Source: Cyanobacteria bacterium J06626_4 (GTDB taxonomy: Bacteria; Cyanobacteriota; Cyanobacteriia; Phormidesmidales; Phormidesmidaceae). Taken from it: DNA of 50,569 nucleotides. Numbering within the stretch: position 1 is the first letter of the stretch; each line of letters begins with the position of its first letter. Positions 19,725-29,553 of the stretch are shown here, piece by piece. The stretch is taken from positions 1 through 50,569 of the forward strand of contig JBCBJQ010000037.1 in NCBI GenBank assembly GCA_038523235.1, given 5' to 3'. The translations under genes were made by a program, and so were the position numbers. A model generated the notes under the pieces. That model did no database searches and was not told where the DNA came from. It saw only the letters and a list, made by a program, of their open reading frames with translations.

Positions 19725-20092
19725 CCTGGTCATCGTCAACGTGAATGGGGGATGGTGGCGTCATTGATCCACTTCACAGTGACCAACGCTGCCCCCGCTG
19801 CAACGAAGAGAATGGCTGTTCCTCATTTTCAGCGATCGCTGAGACCGTTAACGCGCCAGTCTGTGGCGTCCCTGGTGGACTGATAAAACTTGTGCAACCC
19901 TCATGTTGCTGACCGAGGAGACTAAGACCCTCAACATTGGGCGATGATGAACTCCGGTTTTCTCCAGCATTGGCAGACAGCAGAAGGACTCGTGCCGTGT
20001 TGCCAGCAAATTAATGACAGGTGTATGAGTCACTGCCTTGCGACGAAGAGCTGCCGCAGGCGGCGAGGGGCTATCACTTGCTCAGGTTGCCT

Positions 20093-21505
20093 CTAATCAC
20101 GCCGACCTGGCAACACCATGTTCAAAATCAGGGCGGTCAGCCCGCCTGCCGAAATGCCCGATGAGAAAATGTTTCTCATCAGCGGCGGCAGTTGCTCCAA
20201 AATATCCGGCACGTAGGTCACACCCAGGCCAATCCCTAATGAAACCGCTGTAATGAGCGATGCTCGCTTGGTGAAATTGACGCAGGACAAAATTTTGATG
20301 CCCGCTGCTGCCACCGTCCCAAACATGATCAGCGTCGCCCCCCCAAGCACCGGCTGCGGCATCGCCTGAAAGACCCCGCCCACAAACGGGCACAGCCCCA
20401 TCAGCACAAAAATCACCGCAATAAAATAGCCGATATAGCGGCTACCAATGCCCGTCAGCTGAATCACCCCGTTATTTTGACTAAACGTCGTGTTCGGAAA
20501 CGTGTTAAAGCAAGCGGCGATCAGAGAGTTAATGCCATCACCTAAAACCCCGCCCTTAATCCGCTTCATATAGCGGGGGCCGGTGATCGGTTGGCCTGTC
20601 AGTAGCGAAGTCGCCGTCAGATCTCCAATCGACTCGATCGCCGTAATCAAGTACAAAAACGCGAAGGGAATAAAGGCCGCCAGGTCAAAGCCAAACCCAT
20701 AGCGAAACGGTATCGGCAGCAGAAATAGTGGCAACCCGGCGAGATTGTCGAAGGACACCAGTCCCAATGGCCAGGCCACCAAATAGCCCACCACCAAACC
20801 AATCACGATGGAAGACATGCGTAACAACGGGCTATTGGTACTGTTGAGCGCCAGAATCGTCAGCAGCACCAGGGCCGCCACGCCCAGATTTGCCAAGCTG
20901 CCAAAGGTGCCAGCATCACGCGCGGCAAATCCCCCCCCGATGCTGGTCATGCCGACATTGATCAGGGTGAGGCCAATCAGCGTGACGACAATGCCGGTAA
21001 CTAATGGCGTGATAATTTGTCCCGCCAAATGTAAAAAGCGACTACAAAAAATCTCGACAAACGATCCCAAAAAGCACAGACCAAAAATCAATCCCAGCGC
21101 TTCTGTGGGAGAACTGCCGGCGGCGATCGCGCCCGTGCCCGCGCCCAAAATCGGGCCAATAAAGGCAAAACTGGTGCCTTGAATACTCAGCAGCCCTGAC
21201 CCCACCGGGCCGATGCGGCGAGCTTGAATAAAGGTGGCAATGCCCGAAACAAACAGCGACATGCTGACCACAAACGCGGCATCGGCAGCCTCTAACCCGA
21301 GCGCGCCCGCCACAATTAAAGACGGCGTGATAATGCCGACAAAACAGGCCAGCACGTGTTGAATTGCCGCAAAAATCGCCTCTCGCAAGGGCGGGCGATC
21401 TTCGAGACCATAAATCAGCTCATGTTCTGCTGCGGCAACGGCTGCTGGGGCAGCAACTTCGCTGGTTACCGTGGGGGTCGGGGAAGGTTGGGGAGCATCA
21501 TCCAT
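20093..21505 (-). CDS. NCS2/NAT xanthine-uric acid-uracil permease
   Basis: QH motif in TM1, ESIGD, NAT signature FSQNNGVIQLTG. Confidence 0.93.
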   Translation of the reverse strand: MDDAPQPSPTPTVTSEVAAPAAVAAAEHELIYGLEDRPPLREAIFAAIQHVLACFVGIITPSLIVAGALGLEAADAAFVVSMSLFVSGIATFIQARRIGPVGSGLLSIQGTSFAFIGPILGAGTGAIAAGSSPTEALGLIFGLCFLGSFVEIFCSRFLHLAGQIITPLVTGIVVTLIGLTLINVGMTSIGGGFAARDAGTFGSLANLGVAALVLLTILALNSTNSPLLRMSSIVIGLVVGYLVAWPLGLVSFDNLAGLPLFLLPIPFRYGFGFDLAAFIPFAFLYLITAIESIGDLTATSLLTGQPITGPRYMKRIKGGVLGDGINSLIAACFNTFPNTTFSQNNGVIQLTGIGSRYIGYFIAVIFVLMGLCPFVGGVFQAMPQPVLGGATLIMFGTVAAAGIKILSCVNFTKRASLITAVSLGIGLGVTYVPDILEQLPPLMRNIFSSGISAGGLTALILNMVLPGRRD

Positions 21506-21604
21506 GCAACAGAGGCAGACGCCGTCACCGGCGCTGTGTCGTAACAATATGGGGGAGTAACCGGCTGCAGTCGGTTACCGGCAGGCATCTAGAATAACTG
21601 TGGT

Positions 21605-21647
21605 AAGCTACCGAACTTTGGGGTGCTATTTTGCAGGCGTTGCTACA
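21605..21647 (-). promoter_or_regulatory. Putative NtcA-activated promoter of the NCS2 permease
   Basis: Minus strand: tGTA-GCAACGCC-TGCa, 22-nt spacer, then TAGCTT (TAN3T). One mismatch to GTA-N8-TAC. Confidence 0.55.
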
Positions 21648-21877
21648 AACTGCGATCGCCCCCACCCCGTCAGTTACCTATCCGAGTTGTCAGCAACCCA
21701 TTCAGTTTGGTGGATCAGCCCCGTCCTAAACCGGTTCACCCCACTCCCGTGCAGGCGTGCTGAGAAGTCTGCGCTTGAATAACATCCCTAGTTCTGCAAG
21801 GGTTTGGCATGGCCAACACCCGGCGATTAGGGAGGCTATTTGTGAGCAACTCCCTTGGCTGCAATCGCCGCTGTTGA

Positions 21878-22618
21878 CTAAATACGGCGAGTTAAGGTTT
21901 TGCCGTGGGTGTCAGTGCCGCAGGTGCTCAGCAGGCCAAACTGCTGAGCCAGTTGCTGCATCGAGGGCGTCTTTTTTGGGCAGGGCCGCCAGTCTTTGGG
22001 GTTGTCGTAGGCGTAGTAGGCTTCAATCCCATCAATTCCATATTCGACGGCTTGGGCCACCAGCTCTTCGGCCGCTCGCCGATAGCGACAAGGATGGGCC
22101 AATACCGCCATGCCACCCGCTGTTTGAATCGCGTCAATGACCGCTGCCGCCTGTCGCTCCCCCCCCTGCGGCGAGTGGCGATTAAGGTAAGGCTGCATGG
22201 CGACATGGTTGGGCTTAAAGGCATAGCCCAAAATATGCACCTCCGTTTCCATCAGCAGAGAGGTGATTTCGACCCCAATCCATAACCGGGGTAAGCGGCG
22301 AGCGTGGGTGCGCCGATGGGGTGGCTGAATGGGCGCCGGATGCTTCCACTGCCAATCTTCTAAATGCTGCTTGGCTTTGCGATACCCGCTGACCGTATGA
22401 TGGTCGGTGATTGCAAATTCGTTAAGACCCAGCTGAATCGCCTGCTCTATCAGTGCTTCTGGAGCGAGTTGCCCGTCGGAATGAAGGGTGTGCATGTGGA
22501 AGTTCAACTTTCCAGGACAGCTAAACTCGTTGACCGTCTCAAAAACACCTCGAAGCTCTAGAGCACTCCGAGCCGATGCCCTAGCCGAAACGCCAAGGTG
22601 GGCGGGGCTAGTTACCAT
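21878..22618 (-). CDS. PHP domain-containing protein
   Basis: HMHTLHSDG, ITDHH, GVE, HILG, LAHP, GTDTHG. Confidence 0.92.
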   Translation of the reverse strand: MVTSPAHLGVSARASARSALELRGVFETVNEFSCPGKLNFHMHTLHSDGQLAPEALIEQAIQLGLNEFAITDHHTVSGYRKAKQHLEDWQWKHPAPIQPPHRRTHARRLPRLWIGVEITSLLMETEVHILGYAFKPNHVAMQPYLNRHSPQGGERQAAAVIDAIQTAGGMAVLAHPCRYRRAAEELVAQAVEYGIDGIEAYYAYDNPKDWRPCPKKTPSMQQLAQQFGLLSTCGTDTHGKTLTRRI

Positions 22619-23153
22619 TACCTATCTTCTTTGTCGCATCTACCACTACATTTATTTATCTAATATAGCGGCCCGCAAAAGTTTACGAATAACTGTTTTT
22701 GCGCAGAGAGTCCACTTTAAAAGGATTTTTAAGAAACGTGAGTCATCGGGGCGGCCCCGAGCGATCGCGCTAGAGCGCCCCCTACCGGTTACCCAGCACC
22801 ACCTCAGGGCTCCGCCGCGCCCCGCTTATTGCCATTTTTTAGCTTTAGAGCCGTCGCCAAAGTCGTATCGCCACCTTTTTCTGGCCCCAATCTTTTAGCT
22901 TTATTGCAAACGAATCCCCATTTCCGCCGCCGCCGGTTAGATCGATGCCGGTCCGGCACGGTGAGCCGCATCTTCGGTGTTTTGCTGGATGACTTCGGGA
23001 CTCAGGAAATTAGCCAATTAGCCGTCGTGAAGCTGACGGGCCAATTGGCTAATTGATACTGACATCCACCCATCAGAGCCGGTATAACAATAGCTGATTT
23101 GATGGCGTGATTTCACCATTGGCAGTTTCAGAAAGCCGGTTTTCTAGTTTCAG

Positions 23154-23218
23154 TTGAGAGCAAGTATCAATAGTGATAATATGGCTGCCAGCGATTTTAA
23201 TCACACTCATTCTCAATT
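23154..23218 (+). promoter_or_regulatory. Putative Fur boxes upstream of futA
   Basis: TTGAGA-GCAAG-TATCAA followed by TAGTGATAAT, and AATCACACTCATTCTCAATT; both resemble AT-rich Fur palindromes upstream of an iron-binding protein. Confidence 0.45.
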
Positions 23219-23235
23219 AAGGACGGAAAGTGGTA

Positions 23236-24288
23236 ATGCACAAGTTGACCCGACGCTCATTTTTGGTTGCTGGTGGAGCTACGGTGGCTCTGACGGCGAC
23301 TCAGCTTCGACGCCCCCGATTGAGCTGGGCGCAAACTGGCGAGATTAACCTTTATTCGTCTCGACACTACAACACAGACGATGCTCTGTACGAAGGCTTT
23401 ACCGAAGAGACTGGCATTCGTGTCAATCTCATTGAAGGCAGTGCTGACGAGCTGCTCGAACGGATTTTGAGCGAAGGCAGCAATAGCCCAGCGGATGTCT
23501 TTATGACCGTTGATGCGGGTCGTCTCTGGCGTGCCGCCGACGCCGGTCTGTTTACGCCAGTGAGTTCGGCCATTCTCACTGAGCGGATTCCTGAGAACTT
23601 GCGAAATGCTGAAGGGTTGTGGTTTGGTTTCTCAAAACGCGCCCGCGTGATTATGTACAATCGAGATCGCGTTAACCCCTCTGACCTCTCGACCTATGAA
23701 GCCCTTACCGATCCTAAGTGGGGCGGTCGGATCTTGATTCGCACTTCCGGCAATATCTATAATCAGTCCCTGGTGGCGGGCATGATTGAGGTGAATGGAG
23801 AAGCTGAAACGGAAGCCTGGGCCGCGGGCTTCGTGGAAAACTTTGCTCGTCCCCCGGAAGGCAATGACACGGCGCAAATCAAAGCAGTTGCGGCCGGTTT
23901 AGGCGACATTGCGATCGCCAACAGCTATTACCTGGTGCGGATGGGCAAATCGGATGACCCGGCTGATCAAGAAGTGTTTGATCGCATCGGCGTCTTCCAT
24001 CCCAACCAAGATGGTCGTGGTACCCACGTCAACATCAGCGGTGCGGGCGTGCTGACAACCGCCCCCAATCCGGATGGGGCGATCGCCTTTTTAGAGTATC
24101 TCTCGACCCCGCGTGCCCAGTCCTTCTTTGCCGAGGGCAACAACGAATACCCGGTGGTTGAAGGCACTGAGCTTGACCCGGTGTTAGCCAGCCTGGGCAG
24201 CTTCAAGGAAGATACTGTCAATGTCGAAGCCTACGGCCAAAATGCTGGTGAAGCCGTACAGCTGATGGATCGGGCTGGTTGGGCATAG
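23236..24288 (+). CDS. futA: Fe(III) ABC transporter periplasmic binding protein (FutA/IdiA), Tat-exported
   Basis: Tat motif TRRSFL; NLYSSRHY, TVDAGRL, NIYNQSL, ANSYY, GTHVNISG, NNEYP. Confidence 0.93.
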   Translation: MHKLTRRSFLVAGGATVALTATQLRRPRLSWAQTGEINLYSSRHYNTDDALYEGFTEETGIRVNLIEGSADELLERILSEGSNSPADVFMTVDAGRLWRAADAGLFTPVSSAILTERIPENLRNAEGLWFGFSKRARVIMYNRDRVNPSDLSTYEALTDPKWGGRILIRTSGNIYNQSLVAGMIEVNGEAETEAWAAGFVENFARPPEGNDTAQIKAVAAGLGDIAIANSYYLVRMGKSDDPADQEVFDRIGVFHPNQDGRGTHVNISGAGVLTTAPNPDGAIAFLEYLSTPRAQSFFAEGNNEYPVVEGTELDPVLASLGSFKEDTVNVEAYGQNAGEAVQLMDRAGWA

Positions 24289-24319
24289 ATTCAGTTCAAC
24301 CCTGGCAAGACCAAAACAT

Positions 24320-24369
24320 GACAGCGGAGAGGCTGACTTGGCGGATTCGCAGTCAACCTCTCCGCTGTC
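24320..24369. terminator. Strong stem-loop after futA
   Basis: 13-bp perfect GACAGCGGAGAGG / CCTCTCCGCTGTC plus inner TGACT/AGTCA, between convergent genes. Confidence 0.6.
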
Positions 24370-24580
24370 TCTGTATCGCTGCTCGGAATCTAGATCACAA
24401 CTCTGGCCTCCTAAGCCTGAGCTCCCCTGAGTTTTCCGGATGGTGTGGGGGCTCGCTCACGAATTATTAGCGTGGCCAATTCTAGCGTTGCTCCTGATAG
24501 GTATGGCACACCGTAGAAAGCGGCTGCGAAGACAGCTGGGATTGGGGGCAGCGTTGCGCGGACGCCTGCCGATGGCTCTG

Positions 24581-25519
24581 TCAAATCAGGGCCTGCAGCG
24601 ATTTCGAGGGGGCCGCATCAGCCGATAGGTCTTCCTCGGAGACAATCTCGTGGTGCTGATCGACCCAAGTCAGTAGGATGCGCTGTACTTGGCTGCGTTC
24701 TAAAGCAACAATCGAAAAGTTGCGGGCACAATGGGCGGCTGTGCGCACGATGCGGGGTACACAGGCCGCATTAAGATAAATCGTGCCCTGATCATCGCGG
24801 CTCAATCGCTGGCGTTGTCGGTCTTGACGATGTCGCAACGCATGGTGCATGTGACCAAAGGTGACTAGGGGCACGGTTTTACCCTGCTGCTGAGCATAGA
24901 CGATCGCCTCAGCCAAGTCAGGGTCCCCAAAATCGCCGCCAATGGGTGGCCAGTCGCGGCCACAGGGGGATTCCGGCGTATCGCCTAGCCCCGTAGGGCC
25001 GCAGTGCCCCATGAAGATCAGCGTGTCAAAGGCGGCATCATCCACCGCCTGCTTGATGCGAGCCAGCGATTCGGCAAAATTGTGTACGTTGTAGCGATCG
25101 CGATAAAACGCCTCATATTTCCACTCTGAACCGCCCCAGCTAAAGGGCCGCCCGCCAATGACCGTCAGGCCCAACTGCGGAAAATCGCGTTTGCCGTAGC
25201 CGACATCGGCGTCGCCCAGCAGCTCCATCTGCAGCTGTACCCAGTCTTCCTGGGCGCGATCATAGGGGCATTTTTTGCGGCCCCACGGCGTGGCTGTGTA
25301 CCAGGCATCATGGTTGCCAAAGATCGCGGCTTTTGGCAAACTCAACCCCGCAATCGATCGCACCACGGCCACGGCCTCGTTGCCAAAATCACCGACAAAT
25401 AGGGCCAAATCAATTTCTAAACTGTGAAGTGCCGCAATATCTGCCTCGTCCCACTGATCATGAACATCACCGATTACCGCAATCCGAAGCGCTCTATCCT
25501 GCATCGATGTATCTGTCAT
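24581..25519 (-). CDS. TIGR04168-type metallophosphoesterase
   Basis: GDVH, GDFGNE, GNHD and FGHMH motifs. Confidence 0.88.
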   Translation of the reverse strand: MTDTSMQDRALRIAVIGDVHDQWDEADIAALHSLEIDLALFVGDFGNEAVAVVRSIAGLSLPKAAIFGNHDAWYTATPWGRKKCPYDRAQEDWVQLQMELLGDADVGYGKRDFPQLGLTVIGGRPFSWGGSEWKYEAFYRDRYNVHNFAESLARIKQAVDDAAFDTLIFMGHCGPTGLGDTPESPCGRDWPPIGGDFGDPDLAEAIVYAQQQGKTVPLVTFGHMHHALRHRQDRQRQRLSRDDQGTIYLNAACVPRIVRTAAHCARNFSIVALERSQVQRILLTWVDQHHEIVSEEDLSADAAPSKSLQALI

Positions 25520-25639
25520 GGTTCATGTTTTTTAGGCCCTTTACTAAGATAAAGCGTGGACTCGCGACTTGACGAGCCGATCCCCTGGGTCAGCGATAAC
25601 TCCCCAGCGCTTCGCCAGCGGCAAAACGGTGGTAATCAA

Positions 25640-25812
25640 ACCTGAGTTCGGGATAAGACTGACAAGGGATCGGTGGGTCGTTTGAGGGGCAAATCCCCTC
25701 CTGGGAGGGGCTGATGGGGTGGGTTCAAGCCGTCGGAGCAACCCACCTCGTCCTGCGGACACCCCTCTCAGGAGGGGAAAGTAACAGATTTTGCCTTAAC
25801 CCGAACTGACGT
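25640..25812. mobile_element. 173-bp MITE with 18-bp imperfect TIRs and 7-bp target-site duplication
   Basis: Ends ACCTGAGTTCGGGATAAG / CTTAACCCGAACTGACGT (15/18 inverted match), flanked by TAATCAA at 25633-25639 and 25813-25819. Internal CCCCTCCTGGGAGGGG palindromes. Confidence 0.85.
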
Positions 25813-26028
25813 TAATCAAGCCGTGATCGGACGTGACGTTCTCACCTCGATACCCTGACAGCCGTTGTCGACAACGACCCGTCACGGGCAGCCATCAAGC
25901 CCATCCTGATTCCTGGGGGCTCTTGCCCCAGGCTCTCGCTGCAACCATTAGGCAATCGGCAATTCGGATCAATCAAAACCGACCCCTCATAGGATGATGA
26001 AAGCATTGCTCGGGAGCGGAAAATTATC

Positions 26029-26862
26029 ATGACTGCGCTGATTGTCTTCACCGATCTAGATGGCACGCTGCTCAACGGCGAAAGCTACACCTATGACGCT
26101 GCTTTACCGCTACTTGAAAGGCTCAAACATCAAGGCATTCCCGTCATTCCGGTCACCAGCAAAACGCGGGCTGAGGTAGAAGCGTTAATTCAGCAAATCG
26201 GCCTCACCACGCCCTTTGTGGTGGAAAATGGCAGCGCCATCTACATTCCTCGGGACACCTGTCCGTTTGAGTTACCGGCAGGTGAAGACGATGGTCCTTA
26301 TCGGGTGGTCGCCCTCGGGGTGGCTTACGTCATGGCGCGGGCGGGCCTGAAAGCGATCGCCCAAGAACTGGGGCGGCCCCTCAAGGGTTTCGGTGATTTG
26401 TCCATTGCTCAGGTGCAGCAGTTAACCGGCCTCTCCGCTCAAGCGGCCCAGCAAGCCAAAACGCGAGAGTTTTCGGAACCGTTTCTGACGCCCAAAAACA
26501 CCGTCGCGGAAAAGCTCACCGCCGCTGTGACAGACATGGGCTTCAACGTCGTGGTGGGCGATCGCTTTTCGCATTTGATCGGAGGCGGCGCGGGCAAAGG
26601 GCTCGCGGTGCATCAACTGCTTGATCTCTACGGCTCTACCTTTGCGCCCGGAGAAGCGGTGGTGACGGTGGGCTTAGGCAACAGCCCTAACGACCTCGAC
26701 ATGCTAGAAAACGTTGATCACGCGATCGTGCTGCCAGGGGCTGACGGGCCGCACCCGCAGCTCAGCGATCGCGGCTGGGTAATGGCTCCGCAGCCCGCGC
26801 CTGAGGGGTGGGCGCTGGCCGTGACGCAGGTGTTGCAGTCCGTTGGTTTAGATAAGCTTTAA
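26029..26862 (+). CDS. mpgP: Mannosyl/glucosyl-3-phosphoglycerate phosphatase (HAD-IIB)
   Basis: FTDLDGTLL, TSKTRAE, ENGS, REFSEPF, GNSPNDLDML. Confidence 0.85.
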   Translation: MTALIVFTDLDGTLLNGESYTYDAALPLLERLKHQGIPVIPVTSKTRAEVEALIQQIGLTTPFVVENGSAIYIPRDTCPFELPAGEDDGPYRVVALGVAYVMARAGLKAIAQELGRPLKGFGDLSIAQVQQLTGLSAQAAQQAKTREFSEPFLTPKNTVAEKLTAAVTDMGFNVVVGDRFSHLIGGGAGKGLAVHQLLDLYGSTFAPGEAVVTVGLGNSPNDLDMLENVDHAIVLPGADGPHPQLSDRGWVMAPQPAPEGWALAVTQVLQSVGLDKL

Positions 26863-26914
26863 CCGCCACCGCTGGGGACTTACCGTTAACTGGGGCTACC
26901 GGCTTAGGGATGCC

Positions 26915-27307
26915 TTACTGCGATTGCTCCGACGATGCCCAGAGCCCTTGTTGCACCATCACACTCAGCAGCCAGTTCGTCATGGTTGCCCGGCGCGTCA
27001 AACGCGGAACCAGCTGGTCGACGCTGTAGCCCTTAAAGCCCAACTCAGTTTTTAACAGCTGCTTGTTTGCTTTGGGAATCGAGCGGGTGAGCTGCACCGT
27101 CGCCGGGCGACTCTCGATAAAGTTCGGCGGCGCGGGAAATTTCTCGGCCCAAGCCGTCTCGACTGCCGTCGTATTCCAGGTCTGGCTAGCAGCCTCGTAG
27201 CGATAGCCCAAATGATCCCACACCAACCGGTTGACCGTGTCGTCATCCAGCTTGTCGTTAAGAATATCCCAGAGGGTCTCGGATGAAAGTGCCGGTAAAT
27301 TTTCCAT
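26915..27307 (-). CDS. DUF1823-like conserved cyanobacterial protein
   Basis: LVWDHLGYRY, RPATVQLTRSIPK, GFKGY, TRRATMTNWL. Confidence 0.8.
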   Translation of the reverse strand: MENLPALSSETLWDILNDKLDDDTVNRLVWDHLGYRYEAASQTWNTTAVETAWAEKFPAPPNFIESRPATVQLTRSIPKANKQLLKTELGFKGYSVDQLVPRLTRRATMTNWLLSVMVQQGLWASSEQSQ

Positions 27308-27512
27308 AGTGCGAGTCTCGACTCAAAACCAGACGAGTAAGTTTGACCAGCCAGCTTGCGGCTGCTATCTGAATCCTACCGCTGTTGGGGGACCGCAGTG
27401 GGGCCAGCGATCGCCCAGTAGTCTCTGATCCCCAACCGTCGATCACCCAGCTTCCCGGCGCTGCAGGCGATAGAATCGAGACTAACCGCTATCCTCCAGC
27501 TCTTAGAAACCT

Positions 27513-28994
27513 ATGGTTGCTCACCTCAACGCTCCCGCCACTCAGCGCCACTGGGCTCCGGTCATTCGCGCCTTTGAAAAAGCACTGGGCAAGGACCGCG
27601 TCGTGCGCCGCAAGGAAGAGCTGCTGGTTTACGAATGCGACGGCTTGGCCAGCTATCGCCAGCGGCCGCCGGTGGTGGTGTTGCCCAAAACAACAGAGCA
27701 GGTCGCTGCCGCCATCAAAATCTGCAATCAGTTTGACGTGCCGTTTGTGCCCCGCGGGGCGGGCACTGGCCTGTCGGGAGGAGCCCTCCCGGTAGAAGAC
27801 GCCGTGCTGATTGTCACCGCCACCATGAACAAAATCCTCACGGTGGATTACGACAACCAGCGGGTGGTGGTGCAGCCTGGCGTGATCAACAACTGGGTGA
27901 CTCAGGCCGTCAGCGGGGCCGGGTTTTACTATGCGCCAGATCCCTCCAGCCAAAGCGTTTGCTCGGTGGGGGGCAACGTGGCAGAAAATTCCGGTGGGGT
28001 GCACTGCCTCAAATACGGCGTGACGACGAACCACGTGCTGGGGGTCAAGCTGGTGCTACCCGAGGGGGAAATTGTCGAGATCGGCGGGGCCGTGGGTGAA
28101 CAGCCCGGCTATGACCTGATCGGCTTGCTTGTCGGCTCTGAAGGCACCCTGGGCATCGTTACCGAAATCACCCTACGCATTTTGAAAGCACCCGAGTCGA
28201 TTAATGTGCTGCTGGCTGATTTCACCAGCGTTGAAGCGGCGGGCGCAGCGGTGTCAGACGTGATCAGTGCAGGGATTGTCCCGGCAGGCATGGAGATGAT
28301 GGATAACTTCAGCCTGAATGCAGTGGAAGACGTGGTGAAAACGGAGTGCTATCCCCGTGATGCGGAGGCGATTTTGCTGATCGAGATTGATGGCTTGCCC
28401 AGTGAAGTGGCGACCTGTCGCGATCGCATTACCGCCCTCTGCCAAAAAAATGGCGCACGCCAGGTCACTGTCGCTGCTGAGCCGGCAGACCGACTGCGAT
28501 TGTGGAAAGGGCGCAAAGCCGCTTTTGCCGCGATGGGTAAACTCAGCCCTGATTATTATGTGCAGGATGGCGTGATTCCCCGCACGCAGCTGCCCTACGT
28601 GCTGCAGGAAATTGCCGCCCTGGGTGAGCAGCATGGCTATCGCGTGGCCAATGTGTTTCACGCGGGGGATGGCAATCTGCATCCGCTGATTTTGTTCAAT
28701 AACCGTATTCCGGGCCAGCTGGAGGCAGTAGAGGAACTGGGCGGCGACATTTTGAAGCTCTGCGTCCAGGTGGGCGGCAGCATTTCCGGCGAGCACGGCA
28801 TCGGGGCCGACAAGCGCTGCTACATGCCCGATATGTTTTCTGCGACCGATCTGGAGACCATGCAGTGGGTTCGCACCAGCTGGAATCCGAAAGGACTAGC
28901 GAACCCCACCAAAATCTTTCCCACGCCTCGCACCTGTGGCGAAGCCGCCCGAGCCACCCTGCCCCCAACACTGACTGAGAGCGATCGCTTTTAG
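27513..28994 (+). CDS. glcD: Glycolate oxidase/dehydrogenase FAD subunit
   Basis: PRGAGTGLSGG, APDPSS, ENSGGVHCLKYG, HAGDGNLHP, GEHGIG. Confidence 0.95.
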   Translation: MVAHLNAPATQRHWAPVIRAFEKALGKDRVVRRKEELLVYECDGLASYRQRPPVVVLPKTTEQVAAAIKICNQFDVPFVPRGAGTGLSGGALPVEDAVLIVTATMNKILTVDYDNQRVVVQPGVINNWVTQAVSGAGFYYAPDPSSQSVCSVGGNVAENSGGVHCLKYGVTTNHVLGVKLVLPEGEIVEIGGAVGEQPGYDLIGLLVGSEGTLGIVTEITLRILKAPESINVLLADFTSVEAAGAAVSDVISAGIVPAGMEMMDNFSLNAVEDVVKTECYPRDAEAILLIEIDGLPSEVATCRDRITALCQKNGARQVTVAAEPADRLRLWKGRKAAFAAMGKLSPDYYVQDGVIPRTQLPYVLQEIAALGEQHGYRVANVFHAGDGNLHPLILFNNRIPGQLEAVEELGGDILKLCVQVGGSISGEHGIGADKRCYMPDMFSATDLETMQWVRTSWNPKGLANPTKIFPTPRTCGEAARATLPPTLTESDRF

Positions 28995-29045
28995 CCCCGT
29001 GTGCAGTTTAGAATGCGTTACGGGTAACGGCGTTGGGGCACTGGC

Positions 29046-29552
29046 ATGGGGGACAGTTCTGAGCGGCAAGCGCCGATGACGAGATACAAACCGTTATCGC
29101 CAACCAGCACGCTAGAGGAAAGGCGACAACAGGCCCTTGAGCAATGTGATCATTTGATTCGAGACTTTGCGCAGCGAGCTAATCGTCACAAAGCTCGGTA
29201 CAAACGGCTGCAGGTGATGAGTGTGACGCTGGCCATCAGTACCACGATTCTGGCGGCCTTATCAGCGGGCCAAGGACTGGGGCAATGGGAGTGGATCGTG
29301 CCTGCCATGAGTGGATTAGCGGCCCTGGCAACGACGCTGCTCAGCCAAACCAGTACGCAAAAAATGTGGGTAGAATCTCGCAATATGGCTCAGCAATTTC
29401 AAATGGAACAGTTTCTCTATCTCCAGTCCAGCGGAGAATATGGCAAGATTCAGGACGAAGCCGAGGGCCTGAAGCTGTTTTCTCATCGGCTGATGCTGGT
29501 CTGGTCTCAAGCCCAAGAAAAATGGTCACAGCAAGCCACTGCCAAAAACTGA
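29046..29552 (+). CDS. DUF4231/SLATT-like two-TM protein
   Basis: Helix, TM hairpin (VTLAISTTILAAL...AMSGLAALATTLL), then W..SR..A...EQFLY..G.Y pattern. Confidence 0.65.
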   Translation: MGDSSERQAPMTRYKPLSPTSTLEERRQQALEQCDHLIRDFAQRANRHKARYKRLQVMSVTLAISTTILAALSAGQGLGQWEWIVPAMSGLAALATTLLSQTSTQKMWVESRNMAQQFQMEQFLYLQSSGEYGKIQDEAEGLKLFSHRLMLVWSQAQEKWSQQATAKN

Positions 29553-29553
29553 C

